From positions 248,001 through 312,000 of IMG/VR virus record IMGVR_UViG_3300028840_002431: 64,000 nt of DNA; one strand, 5' to 3'. The translations under genes were made by a program, and so were the position numbers. Positions 35,677-44,904 of this stretch are shown here, piece by piece. Below the pieces are notes generated by a model, which saw only the letters and a program-made list of their open reading frames with translations, had not been told where the DNA came from and made no database searches. The stretch's first letter is position 1; every line of letters begins with the position of its first letter.

Positions 35677-36369
35677 GTGCCATCGATCCCCGATAGCTTG
35701 GCCCGCGAAATTGACAGACACGAGTACGTCTGCGGCTCCGACGAGGTAGGGTACGGAGCGTGGGCCGGACCGCTCGTGGTCTGTGCCGCCGTATCGTCAA
35801 ACCGGGAGATACTGGCATCCCACAAAGACGGCATGGTCGTATCTCCCACGGACTCCAAGAAGCTCACCATCGCCCAGCGGGAGAGCCTGTATCCAGTCCT
35901 GGTCAAGACGGTCACACACGCCATTGTCCGTATCGAACCGGAGGAGATAGACGCACAGGGCCTTGGGAGAGTCTGGGAGGCGGCCCACGTGAGGGCCATC
36001 CAGGAGGCCCTGGACGCCCACAAGGGCAACGGGCACGAGGAGGTGCCCCTCGTCATCGTAGACGGTAACAGGAGCGTCTTCGGGGCCACAGCCCTACCAA
36101 AAGCCGACCTCCTCGTGCCAGCGGTCTCCATGGCCTCCATCCTGGCCAAGGTCTACCGGGACCGCCTCATGTACGAGATGGACGAGAAGTACCCCGGCTA
36201 CGGCTTCAAGAAACACGTCGGCTACGGAACCGCTCAGCACAAGACGGCGTTATCCCAGCACGGTGTAACTCCCATTCACCGTAAGAGTTACGCACCCATC
36301 GCCGCCATGCTCAAACCGGAAACCTCGAATGTGTTGGACCTGATCGAAAGCCTCGAACAGGATGTCTGA
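35677..36369 (+). CDS. rnhB: Ribonuclease HII
   Basis: GSDEVGYGAWAGPLVVCA, DSKKLT, IVDG, KAD..VSMASILAKVYRD; preceded by TGGTGTAGCTA. Confidence 0.92.
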   Translation: MPSIPDSLAREIDRHEYVCGSDEVGYGAWAGPLVVCAAVSSNREILASHKDGMVVSPTDSKKLTIAQRESLYPVLVKTVTHAIVRIEPEEIDAQGLGRVWEAAHVRAIQEALDAHKGNGHEEVPLVIVDGNRSVFGATALPKADLLVPAVSMASILAKVYRDRLMYEMDEKYPGYGFKKHVGYGTAQHKTALSQHGVTPIHRKSYAPIAAMLKPETSNVLDLIESLEQDV

Positions 36370-37327
36370 CCGAACTTCACCCTTTTTGAAATGGGTTGGG
36401 GGTAAGAGACAGCTACTCCACAGCCTTTCCCGTGTGATCGCCAAGAAGAGTCTCACATACTACGAGCCTTTCCTTGGAGGCGGGGCTGTGTTCTTCCATT
36501 TCGCGGACAGACGGCGCTTTCGGGAGGCAGTCCTGAATGACCGTAACCCTGAGTTGATCAATTGCTTCGAGGTGGTCAGAGACCGTCTGCCGGAACTCCT
36601 ACAGGGACTCGACACCATTCGGTCGCAACCGGGTTGGAACACCAAGCCCTTTTTCGAGGCTGTCCGGACATCGACACCCTCGAACCCTGTCAGCCGGGCC
36701 GTTCGAACCATCTACCTGAACAAGACGTGCTTCAACGGCCTGTATAGAGTCAACCAAACGGGTGACTTCAACGCTCCTTTCGGCCGGTACGACAACCCCC
36801 AGCTATACAACCGGGCTAATATAACGGCGTGCTCCGAGGCCCTACAGCGCTTCGCCACGTTACGGACCGGAGATTTCACGGACGCCGTAAAAGACGCTCA
36901 AGCCGGGGACCTCGTGTACTTCGACCCTCCTTACGTGCCGGTGTCAGAAACGGCCAACTTCACCTCGTATGCCGGTCAGTTCGGGCCAACCGAGCAAGAG
37001 GCGCTGGCTTCGTTGTTCCGGGAGTTATTCGACCAGGGTGTGATCGTCATCCAGTCTAACTCCGACACCCCACGTGTCCGCGAACTCTACGCGGGTTTTG
37101 ACTTCCACGTCGTGGGAGCCAGACGCAGCGTCAACTCCAAGGCGGACGGACGAGGAGAGGTCAACGAACTCGTGGTCGTAGGGCAGCCGGAAAACCTGAA
37201 AGTTGACGTTCCGGCCGTGTCTTATCTGCCGGACATCTTCCCCCTGACATGCGCTGATTGTGGGACCCTATACAGTTCGTCTGATATCGTGTGTACGGAG
37301 TGCGGCTCGACTCGCACAAAGGAATAG
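36362..37327 (+). CDS. dam: Dam-family DNA adenine methyltransferase with C-terminal zinc ribbon
   Basis: PFLKWVGGKRQL, YYEPFLGGGAV, FNGLYRVN, YFDPPY; CADC..CTEC. Confidence 0.9.
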   Translation: MSDRTSPFLKWVGGKRQLLHSLSRVIAKKSLTYYEPFLGGGAVFFHFADRRRFREAVLNDRNPELINCFEVVRDRLPELLQGLDTIRSQPGWNTKPFFEAVRTSTPSNPVSRAVRTIYLNKTCFNGLYRVNQTGDFNAPFGRYDNPQLYNRANITACSEALQRFATLRTGDFTDAVKDAQAGDLVYFDPPYVPVSETANFTSYAGQFGPTEQEALASLFRELFDQGVIVIQSNSDTPRVRELYAGFDFHVVGARRSVNSKADGRGEVNELVVVGQPENLKVDVPAVSYLPDIFPLTCADCGTLYSSSDIVCTECGSTRTKE

Positions 37328-37330
37328 CAA

Positions 37331-37855
37331 TTTTGAGCCTCTTACGCGACCATGGAACCTGGAAACTCTCGGCCCCTACTCGGTGCCTACCCAGTCAGAA
37401 TGCTACTTGATTATCGGAGCTACTTCACCTGACATCTCTTCGTCAGCGAACTTCCAGCAAAACCCTTGGGCACTACTGTCTGTCCAATGTACAACCGAGG
37501 TGATGTTCTCCTTCACTGTCTGGCGTCCGTATTGATCCTCCGCGCCTTCGTTCTTATCAACGACGACCAGATTCACACACGGCCAATGCTTCCCGGCTTC
37601 TTTGTAGTCGGAAAGGATATGACCTTCTTCGTCCGTCTCAAAGATGTACGTGTCGTCCGTCCCCGTTGGGTTCGGGTTCGGCTTCCGACGTGACACCACC
37701 AAACGGCCTTTCGGATCACCGTGTATGCAAATAAGCAGGGCATCTCGCTCCTGCCTGTTCGCATCTACAAACACCAGATGCTGTCCGATTCTCAATTCAC
37801 GTTCCATGTTACCTGCCTTTCAGCGCGGCTCCATTGCCGCGTAAAAGGCTCAAAA
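37331..37855. repeat. 29-bp imperfect inverted repeat pair (37331-37359 and 37827-37855) flanking one ORF
   Basis: ttttgagcctcttacgcgaccatggaacc vs ttttgagccttttacgcggcaatggagcc, 25/29 identical. Confidence 0.7.
37403..37807 (-). CDS. Hypothetical protein
   Basis: 134-aa ORF between the inverted repeats. Confidence 0.55.
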   Translation of the reverse strand: MERELRIGQHLVFVDANRQERDALLICIHGDPKGRLVVSRRKPNPNPTGTDDTYIFETDEEGHILSDYKEAGKHWPCVNLVVVDKNEGAEDQYGRQTVKENITSVVHWTDSSAQGFCWKFADEEMSGEVAPIIK

Positions 37856-39094
37856 CTCTTCGGGTGCCCCACCGCAGTCTTCACACAACTCGTGGATGAT
37901 AATTTTGTTGGGGCCGCTGCAACGGCATTGGCTGACGACCGTCCCGCAGCTAGGACAAATGACTGTGTAGTGGTCGCCCGGCCCCACGTCGTCCATGGTC
38001 TTTGGCGCAGAAGCGAGCCTGATGGCAAGTCCAAAAGCGCCCAACTTGTCGATAATGGAGCCGTCTTTCAAATAGTTCTCGGCAAGACCCGGCACGAGAT
38101 ATTGACTCTTGAGAGTGGACGCCTCGTGGCCCACGGCTTCGGCCGTCTCTTCTAACGCCTTCTTGAACTCTTCTTTGAGCTTGGCCTTCCGTTTCTTGGG
38201 GTCGCTGGGCAACGCTCCTTTCCGGGCCGCTTTGAGGCGCTTACGCATCTCGTCATTCGCGTGGTAGCCACGGATATCCTTGGACGTTACCTCAAACGGT
38301 TTCAGGTAGGCGTTGACCTTGTCGGCTGTTACTTTGCCGCCATCCCAAGCCAGGATGTTAGAATCGCCCCCGTCCATGTCGTCATAGGCTTGCCGAAGAG
38401 CTTTCTGGATCGCCTTATCCGCGACCTTCTTCTCCTGTTTGACCCCGGACTTTCCCACGTACTTGATGAACGCCCCGTCCGGCTTGAAGCTTACCTGACT
38501 CCGTTTCCAACCCGTGACCCCGTAGTGCCCGTCTTTGGCTGACTGGTCATTCCCGATTCTCTCGTATGTGTGGTCCATGAGCGCCACAGCGAGAGCAGTG
38601 CGAGCCGTTTCCGGGTTGCTCGACTTCATGTCCTTCTTGACCTTGGCCCTAATCCGTCTGATAGCCCGGCCTAGCTTTTGTAACCGTTCCGCCTTCTTGC
38701 GGTTCCGGTCAGCTATCTGACGCTCCGAGTAGACGTAGACCGTGGTCTTGCCGCCATTCTCAGACTTGACTTCTTTCTTCTGTTTGTACTTACCGGTCAG
38801 GTACCTCTCGACGACGCCTTTCTTTTTCTTGAGGGCCGCCTCTTCCATCGCCATCGCTTCTGGCACCTTGTCGGGCGACATCTTACGAATCGTATAGAGG
38901 CCCATGGTCCGATTCTTCTTACGCCCCTTGGGAATCGGCTGAAGCTCGATCTTTGGGTTCCCTTTCTCGTCCAGGAACATACGAACGATCTTACCCCGCT
39001 TGTTCTTGAATTTGCCGAAGAGGATATATTCCCCCGGCTTGAAGTAAGCGGTCAGGTAGCGCGTCGCGACCCGGTGTGTGAGAGGTTCACCCAT
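37850..39094 (-). CDS. DNA topoisomerase IB (bacterial/poxvirus-like core) with extra N- and C-terminal modules
   Basis: ERIGN..YGVT, YVGKSG, KDIRGYHAN, VGH..STLKSQY (catalytic Tyr). Confidence 0.88.
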   Translation of the reverse strand: MGEPLTHRVATRYLTAYFKPGEYILFGKFKNKRGKIVRMFLDEKGNPKIELQPIPKGRKKNRTMGLYTIRKMSPDKVPEAMAMEEAALKKKKGVVERYLTGKYKQKKEVKSENGGKTTVYVYSERQIADRNRKKAERLQKLGRAIRRIRAKVKKDMKSSNPETARTALAVALMDHTYERIGNDQSAKDGHYGVTGWKRSQVSFKPDGAFIKYVGKSGVKQEKKVADKAIQKALRQAYDDMDGGDSNILAWDGGKVTADKVNAYLKPFEVTSKDIRGYHANDEMRKRLKAARKGALPSDPKKRKAKLKEEFKKALEETAEAVGHEASTLKSQYLVPGLAENYLKDGSIIDKLGAFGLAIRLASAPKTMDDVGPGDHYTVICPSCGTVVSQCRCSGPNKIIIHELCEDCGGAPEEF

Positions 39095-39121
39095 ATTTAC
39101 AAGAGCGACAGTAAATATGGA

Positions 39122-40090
39122 TTAATCCCCCTCATACTCCTTGAGGAACCGCCGAAGCTCCGTATACGGGTCCACGCGCTCCGAGTCCGGGTCAAATGTT
39201 ATGCTGAATCCAGCGGCTTTGGTGTGGCCCCCGCCGCCGAACTTATTGCAAAATTCCGCACAGTTGAAATTCGTATGCGACCGTGTTGAGAACGTAAGGT
39301 TGGCCCTCCCGTCCTCCTCGATGCCGCCATACTTGAACCCGACCAACAGGTCAGCGTCTTCGTGGATGGCGTCGGCCGTGTCGCTGGTCAACTTGGTCCC
39401 GCTGATCACGGCGACTCTGGTCCCGCGAGGAGTCGTGAAGCGGAGAGCCTTGTTAACGGCGTAGTCAACATACCCCTCTGTGCGCTGCCTCAGGATCTGG
39501 CCAACCTCCCAGCGCTCTTCCCACCATCTCTTGAACTCCGCAGAGAAGATCCGATCCTTGGCCGCCACCTCCAACCAGGATTTCTCCGGGTAGAATCGGA
39601 ACGACTCCGCCAGAACGCACGCCATACGCCATTGTTCGCTGTCTCTCTGCCATGTATCTCGAATACCCGACAGGGTAGCTACCTTCTTGGCAAACGCACG
39701 CTCCTCATCGCTGTGATTGCCGATAGCGCTCCACACGTGGTCATGGGCCAGGACCGCCCCGCAAACACCAGGGTCCTTGTTCTCATCCCCGAAGATGCCG
39801 TTCTCACCGAACGCTTCGACGACCTCCCGGCTCGTCATGTGGTGGTCCAGGACGATCGCCCCGGCGTCCACGAACTCCTTGAGACGATCTGGATGCGGAG
39901 AGAAGTCGCAGAAAAGCATACCCGGAGTCGCTTCTAACATCCGGTGCTCCAAGGTGCTGTACTGGATGAACCTGACTTCCGCTTCCGGTAAAACGCTCTT
40001 ACAGAAAACGGCAGCGGCAACACCGTCAGCACACCAACCATGCGATATGATGGTCCTGACCTCTTTCAACTTGTCGAGCGAAATACTCAT
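39122..40090 (-). CDS. DHH/DHHA1 phosphoesterase (NrnB/oligoribonuclease-like)
   Basis: HGWCADG, CDFS, LDHH, GGGGHTKAAG. Confidence 0.85.
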   Translation of the reverse strand: MSISLDKLKEVRTIISHGWCADGVAAAVFCKSVLPEAEVRFIQYSTLEHRMLEATPGMLFCDFSPHPDRLKEFVDAGAIVLDHHMTSREVVEAFGENGIFGDENKDPGVCGAVLAHDHVWSAIGNHSDEERAFAKKVATLSGIRDTWQRDSEQWRMACVLAESFRFYPEKSWLEVAAKDRIFSAEFKRWWEERWEVGQILRQRTEGYVDYAVNKALRFTTPRGTRVAVISGTKLTSDTADAIHEDADLLVGFKYGGIEEDGRANLTFSTRSHTNFNCAEFCNKFGGGGHTKAAGFSITFDPDSERVDPYTELRRFLKEYEGD

Positions 40091-40461
40091 GGGAACAAAA
40101 TCTCGTATCTAACACCCGCGTCCCACAGCCTACCGGCCATGTCCTTGCTTCCACGGCTCTTGGCCCCTGTAGCGAAACCGTAAGCCTTATCAATTATTAC
40201 ACCATCTAGGTCCGGGTTCTCTTTTTCTAGCATTTCGGCGTTTCGTATTGGCCCGGCCGCTCTGCCATGTCTGTCCCAGTCGGCCGGGTATTCTCTCACC
40301 TCGAAGCCGAGTTCTTTGCCGATGCGTCCAGCGGCCCGATCCGCTCCGCGAGCACCTCCGTGAACCAGAGTTATGTGGTCCAGCTTCGCCAGCTTGGACA
40401 ATACCCTTCGAATTATATCATCTCGAACCCAGTTCCGAGAACCGAAAACCAGGATTTTCAT
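40087..40461 (-). CDS. SLOG family protein (YspA/DUF2493-like)
   Basis: ILVFGSRNW, LVHGGARGAD, PADW..HGRAAGPIRN.EM. Confidence 0.85.
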   Translation of the reverse strand: MKILVFGSRNWVRDDIIRRVLSKLAKLDHITLVHGGARGADRAAGRIGKELGFEVREYPADWDRHGRAAGPIRNAEMLEKENPDLDGVIIDKAYGFATGAKSRGSKDMAGRLWDAGVRYEILFP

Positions 40462-41135
40462 GATAACAGCGAGTGCTTCTTTGCCCGGATGCCGTCTAAC
40501 AGCGCGTTGCGCAATTTTTGTGTGACGATCTTGTCCCGCAGTTCTTTCGTCTCAGCATACCACTCATTCAGGTTTTCCATGTTTTCTATTCTATTGAGGT
40601 CGGCCAGTAGTCGTCGCTGGATTTCGTACTCCTGGAACTCGGCTGGTGGTTTCTTGAACGCTTCCGCCGCTTCGCTCGTCGCCGCCTCTGGAACGTCTTC
40701 CAGCTTGTCCGTAAGCTCTGTGGCCTGTCTCGTGGCTGTCAGAGCCATCTCCAGGGCTTTCTGAGCCTCCTTCTCCGCCGACGTGTCCTGGGCCAGAATG
40801 GCGTTCAAAACGAGCTTGAGGGCGTCCATAGCGCCGACAACGGCGTCGTACTGCCCCTGCGACTTGATGTCCGGCATCTGGCCCTTGAGCAGATCGGCCA
40901 TGACCGCCTCAGGGTCCTTTTTCTCGGGTTCGGGGAGGCTCTCGGCCTCTTTCTCCAACGCCTCCCAGTCGAGCCAAGCGTAGTTTTCCCCCTTGGTCAG
41001 TTCTTTCCAGAACTCCTTGTGGCGTGGGCCGGTTTTGATCGCCTGGACGGCCAGCCTTTTGACCTCATCTTTCCAGGCTGCCTCGCCCATGGTCTTGCGG
41101 AACTGTTCCAGATACTTTTCGACCTCGATATTCAT
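40458..41135 (-). CDS. Hypothetical helical protein
   Basis: 225-aa ORF in a coupled chain. Confidence 0.6.
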   Translation of the reverse strand: MNIEVEKYLEQFRKTMGEAAWKDEVKRLAVQAIKTGPRHKEFWKELTKGENYAWLDWEALEKEAESLPEPEKKDPEAVMADLLKGQMPDIKSQGQYDAVVGAMDALKLVLNAILAQDTSAEKEAQKALEMALTATRQATELTDKLEDVPEAATSEAAEAFKKPPAEFQEYEIQRRLLADLNRIENMENLNEWYAETKELRDKIVTQKLRNALLDGIRAKKHSLLS

Positions 41136-41416
41136 CAGTGGGGTTTCCCTCTCTTGATGAGACGTTGGTAGAAACGGTCAGACATCGTACGAGTCATGGT
41201 CCCAGGTACACCGGTTTCCCGTAGACCCATTTCATAAAGACCTTTGAGCAGTTGCGCCCCCGCCTCCTGGTCTTCCATGACCTTTATACACGGGCCGCAG
41301 TAGTCCACCTCGTCAGAAGCGCTCTCTCCGATGGCTTTCTTCTCCTCGTCGGTGAGGACGAACGTCTTACCGCCGCTCTCGAACTCTTTTTGGCACACGC
41401 AACACGTCTTAGGCAT
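41135..41416 (-). CDS. Small zinc-binding protein
   Basis: CCVC...CGPC. Confidence 0.55.
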   Translation of the reverse strand: MPKTCCVCQKEFESGGKTFVLTDEEKKAIGESASDEVDYCGPCIKVMEDQEAGAQLLKGLYEMGLRETGVPGTMTRTMSDRFYQRLIKRGKPH

Positions 41417-42014
41417 AGAAGTCCTTTGTGTACTGAAACCTCAGATCATTGATCTCCAGGCTTCCCATTTCCAGGGACGCTCCTAACAACACGGCTTCTG
41501 ACAAAGGCATCAAAGCTTCCAACATCTCGATTCGACGCAACCGTGCCAGAAGAGTCTCGCAATACTCCACGACGACCTCTGAACTGGGTATCAACATCGT
41601 CGAGTTCCCCAGTGAATGTGGATGACACATCTCGGGATCACCCACAGAGAAGGTGGCACGGCAATGCAAGGGGCGGATGCTGTACGCCGCACACATCCCG
41701 TCCTCCAATAACGGACACGGGATGTTGGTGAGAAGCCAGACCTCAATAGAAAGGCCCAGCGTCTTTTCTCTATGCTCTTCGAGCGCCTTCTGTAGAGAAG
41801 GGGTCCAGTGTCCGCGAGAAGCCAAGTCGCGGTGCAACAGAATACCTTCCGCCACCGTGATCAGAAAAGGGTAGTGACAACAGTAGTGGCAGCCCTTTCT
41901 ACAGGAAAATAGAACCTCGTCTTGCCGTAATTTACGCTCGTACTCAAACCCGGCCTGGGTTTGAAAAGCCTTGATCTCTGTCAAAGCCTGTTCGATTACG
42001 AGGGGGAATTTCAT
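41409..42014 (-). CDS. YkgJ-type cysteine-cluster (CxxxCxxCC) protein
   Basis: CRKGCHYCC, CPLL...CAAYSIRPLHCR. Confidence 0.8.
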   Translation of the reverse strand: MKFPLVIEQALTEIKAFQTQAGFEYERKLRQDEVLFSCRKGCHYCCHYPFLITVAEGILLHRDLASRGHWTPSLQKALEEHREKTLGLSIEVWLLTNIPCPLLEDGMCAAYSIRPLHCRATFSVGDPEMCHPHSLGNSTMLIPSSEVVVEYCETLLARLRRIEMLEALMPLSEAVLLGASLEMGSLEINDLRFQYTKDFYA

Positions 42015-42019
42015 TAAGG

Positions 42020-42538
42020 CTATTCATCACCCATCAGGTGGTCGTAGAGGTTGGGCTTGGTAGCAGCTTTGGCCGCCTTGGCGTCTTCTCTCGCCTTTAT
42101 TACCTTTTGTTTATCATTCAGCGGTTGGAAGTCACGGGGAATGTCGATCGGAAATTCTACAAGCCGGGTCCGCCCCGGACGAGAAAGACGTAAAACGAGC
42201 CGGTCTCCGTATCTTAAACTGAAGACTGGGTTAAGATACAACGAGCCTCCCATCTGAAACTCGTCTATCTTGACCCAGTCTAGGAGCCATCTCAAAGGCA
42301 CCGGGCCGCTTGGAGTCGGCATCAACAGAGCGTCCAGGGTGCCTTTTCGAGAAGGGAGCGTAACCGCTGGCCAGTCCAGAGTCGGATTGCAGACGATCGG
42401 GCAATCCGACTCTGTGCCTAGTATCTGTTGTTCGTGGTCCTGGGACTCGACGAAAGCAGTTTGTGTGGCTGGATCTATCTTGCGAACCAGCCACACCTTG
42501 GATTGCCATCGAAGTAAGTCACCAGTCCGGATCGTCAT
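42020..42538 (-). CDS. Hypothetical protein ending PNLYDHLMGDE
   Basis: Follows CGGTGTAGTGT (42547-42557, minus). Confidence 0.6.
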   Translation of the reverse strand: MTIRTGDLLRWQSKVWLVRKIDPATQTAFVESQDHEQQILGTESDCPIVCNPTLDWPAVTLPSRKGTLDALLMPTPSGPVPLRWLLDWVKIDEFQMGGSLYLNPVFSLRYGDRLVLRLSRPGRTRLVEFPIDIPRDFQPLNDKQKVIKAREDAKAAKAATKPNLYDHLMGDE

Positions 42539-42558
42539 TGACTAATACACTACACCGT

Positions 42559-43458
42559 CTAAGGCGTCGGGTCCGGCTGTTCCGTCAGGCCAAGGCCCTC
42601 CTTCGACACACCCAACTCGGAGAGTAGCTTGTCCGCCTCGTTCTCACCGTCTCCGGTTTCACTGGCCGGTGGAGTCGCCGCCGCTTCTTCTACGGCGGGT
42701 TGTTCCGGTTCGGCCGGTTTCTCCGGGGGTGAGGCGCTGGTCGTTGGAGCCGCCTCCGGGCTGCTAGGAGCCGTCTCCTCACCGCCTTTTGGGGACGAGG
42801 TCTTTCGGGTTGCCGTTATCTTGCCGTTCCGCTTCCGGACCCAGTCGGCCACCTTGAAGCGACCCCGATCGACCGTATCGAAGACCTTGGCCTTCATGGG
42901 CTTACCGTCCTTGTCGCGAACGATCTTACCCTTCTTGTCGATCTCATTCGGAGCGTCCTTGGAGCCACGGGCACCGCTGAACACCGAACTGATGTAGGCC
43001 GGGAGGTTGTTGCTGGGCGGGTCGATCCCCTTCTCCGTCAGGGCTTCGGCAACGTCCTTAGCGCCCATGGTCTTCGCGCCCATGAGCTTGATCATGGTCT
43101 CGACCAAAGTACCCTTGCGCTTGTTCTTGCCACCCTTCCCCTTGGCCGGTGCTGCCTTCTTCTTAGGGGCTGCCTTCTTCTTCGCCGGGGCTGCCTTCTT
43201 CTTGGCTGCCTTCTTCTTCGGGGCCGCCTTCTTCTTGGTGGCTGGGGCCGCTGCCTTGCCGTTCTTCTTAGGGGCCTTGAAGAAATCGCGGAACCTGTCA
43301 GATTGCTCCTTGGTGTCTTCGTACTCCTTGAGAGCGGCCTCGTGTTCCGATGTCGCCTTGGCCAGAGCTTTCTCGGTCACACCCAATCTGTTTTTGGCCG
43401 CCGAGACCGCTTTATCCAAGTCCCGTTGAACCTTGTCGAATATGACATTTGTTCCCAT
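42559..43458 (-). CDS. Histone H1-like / nucleoid-associated protein
   Basis: Coiled coil, KKKAAP repeats, possible winged-helix segment, acidic Pro-rich tail; RBS AGGAGA. Confidence 0.65.
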   Translation of the reverse strand: MGTNVIFDKVQRDLDKAVSAAKNRLGVTEKALAKATSEHEAALKEYEDTKEQSDRFRDFFKAPKKNGKAAAPATKKKAAPKKKAAKKKAAPAKKKAAPKKKAAPAKGKGGKNKRKGTLVETMIKLMGAKTMGAKDVAEALTEKGIDPPSNNLPAYISSVFSGARGSKDAPNEIDKKGKIVRDKDGKPMKAKVFDTVDRGRFKVADWVRKRNGKITATRKTSSPKGGEETAPSSPEAAPTTSASPPEKPAEPEQPAVEEAAATPPASETGDGENEADKLLSELGVSKEGLGLTEQPDPTP

Positions 43459-43626
43459 TTATCATCTCTCCTATTTGATTTGATACTAGGCGTACGACGC
43501 CTTGATACGATATACATACACCTCTTAACAGACTTCTGAATCTAACCCTCCTTACACCCATCCGCAATAGAAACAAGCGATTTAACACTACCGGCGTAAT
43601 AGCCTGTAATTTGCCCACTTTACGGG

Positions 43627-43881
43627 TCAGGCTCTGCCGGAAAATTCTCGGTTGATATCTACCTCGTGAATGATTCCCAGGCTCCTAAGATGACGCTCTG
43701 CTTGGTCCTTGATCAATGCTCTCCTGAGTCCCTCAAGTCTACGGTCCTGGGTCGATTCGGCCCGCTTGATGGCCTTCTGTAGAAGCTGTTTCCAATCCTC
43801 CCGACGTGTCGGGGCTTGAACTCGTTTCTTGGGCTTCGTTTTCTGGGCTGTCTTCCCCCGCCCTAGTAGTCGTGTCGGCAT
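43627..43881 (-). CDS. Small basic hypothetical protein
   Basis: 84-aa ORF overlapping the upstream ORF. Confidence 0.4.
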   Translation of the reverse strand: MPTRLLGRGKTAQKTKPKKRVQAPTRREDWKQLLQKAIKRAESTQDRRLEGLRRALIKDQAERHLRSLGIIHEVDINREFSGRA

Positions 43882-44215
43882 CTAACTTCTCCCGTATTTG
43901 GGCTTCCATCGTAAGAACATCCTCTAGAGGAATATCCATGCCCGTGGCGAACATGCGGAGATACACCTGTCTTTGTATATCAAAGCTGGCCTTTAGCTCC
44001 GCATTCTCTGACTGAGCTTTTTCAAGGGCTTCGTTGGCGGAATCCAACGCCGCGCCCAACTGTTCTACGTTGTCGGTATACGGCTTGAGGCGCTCAACCA
44101 AGCCTGTGAGTTCCTGTAAGGATTCCAACGACGAAAGAGCCTGAGTAAGCTCTTTCGGCAGATTCTTCGGCCCAGAAGTTGTCTTCTTCTGTGCCCTGCG
44201 TTCACGTCGGTTCAT
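43739..44215 (-). CDS. Coiled-coil hypothetical protein (MNRRERRA start)
   Basis: ATGA overlap with the upstream ORF. Confidence 0.55.
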   Translation of the reverse strand: MNRRERRAQKKTTSGPKNLPKELTQALSSLESLQELTGLVERLKPYTDNVEQLGAALDSANEALEKAQSENAELKASFDIQRQVYLRMFATGMDIPLEDVLTMEAQIREKLDADTTTRAGEDSPENEAQETSSSPDTSGGLETASTEGHQAGRIDPGP

Positions 44216-44616
44216 TGTGCGAAAGGCGGCCGTCCTCGAAAGATGGCATAGAAGGGTAACGAGCCGGGATTATTCGGTTCGTTATACAAGGCTTGTTCTG
44301 CGTCGGCCTGTTCGACAACGGGTAATTTGGGTGTCGTCGCGGCCAGTTCCCGTAGACGTTCGTCCGAGGTCACTCTTAACAGGTCCGCACGGGCCTTGTC
44401 ATCCCGTTGCAGGATGTATACGACCTGACACTCCTCCATCGTGTCGAGCATACACACGCCCGGAGCATTCACATCGTTCGGGCTGTCCCCTCTCTCCACC
44501 CAAACATTAGGTGTGCCGGGGACGTAGAGATCACATTTGGTAGTCGGAGTCGGAGGGCACTCCTCTTCGGTGGCCGGACATGCACACGGTTCGTTCTGAC
44601 AAGTGACACAGGGCAT
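44212..44616 (-). CDS. Cys-rich hypothetical protein
   Basis: RBS GAGG; N-terminal Cys cluster. Confidence 0.55.
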   Translation of the reverse strand: MPCVTCQNEPCACPATEEECPPTPTTKCDLYVPGTPNVWVERGDSPNDVNAPGVCMLDTMEECQVVYILQRDDKARADLLRVTSDERLRELAATTPKLPVVEQADAEQALYNEPNNPGSLPFYAIFRGRPPFAQ

Positions 44617-44640
44617 CGTTACCTCTTACCTAACTGATTG

Positions 44641-44904
44641 TTAAGAGGATAACCAGTCTGCCCGGAACACGATATTACCATCGTGCCCATTGGTACACCG
44701 AAAGCCCATGCGTGCGTAGAAAAAAGGCGTTCGTCTTCGCAAGGCATGGGCGTTGACCTCGACTTCCCCATCGCACTCCTGGCAGCGGAGTTGCCGTAGA
44801 CGCTCTAGCATGGCATCCACAGACGGTACCGCAACCGCTGTTTCAACTTCGGCGTCGGTAAGGTCCTCAGAGTCCTCTTCTAACTCGCTTGGTAAATTCA
44901 TCAT
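44641..44904 (-). CDS. Small zinc-ribbon protein
   Basis: CQEC...CTNGH. Confidence 0.5.
   Translation of the reverse strand: MMNLPSELEEDSEDLTDAEVETAVAVPSVDAMLERLRQLRCQECDGEVEVNAHALRRRTPFFYARMGFRCTNGHDGNIVFRADWLSS

Noticed and set aside
37331-37855. IS element or MITE call
   Set aside because: There is no transposase motif or target-site duplication, so it is kept only as an unexplained inverted repeat.
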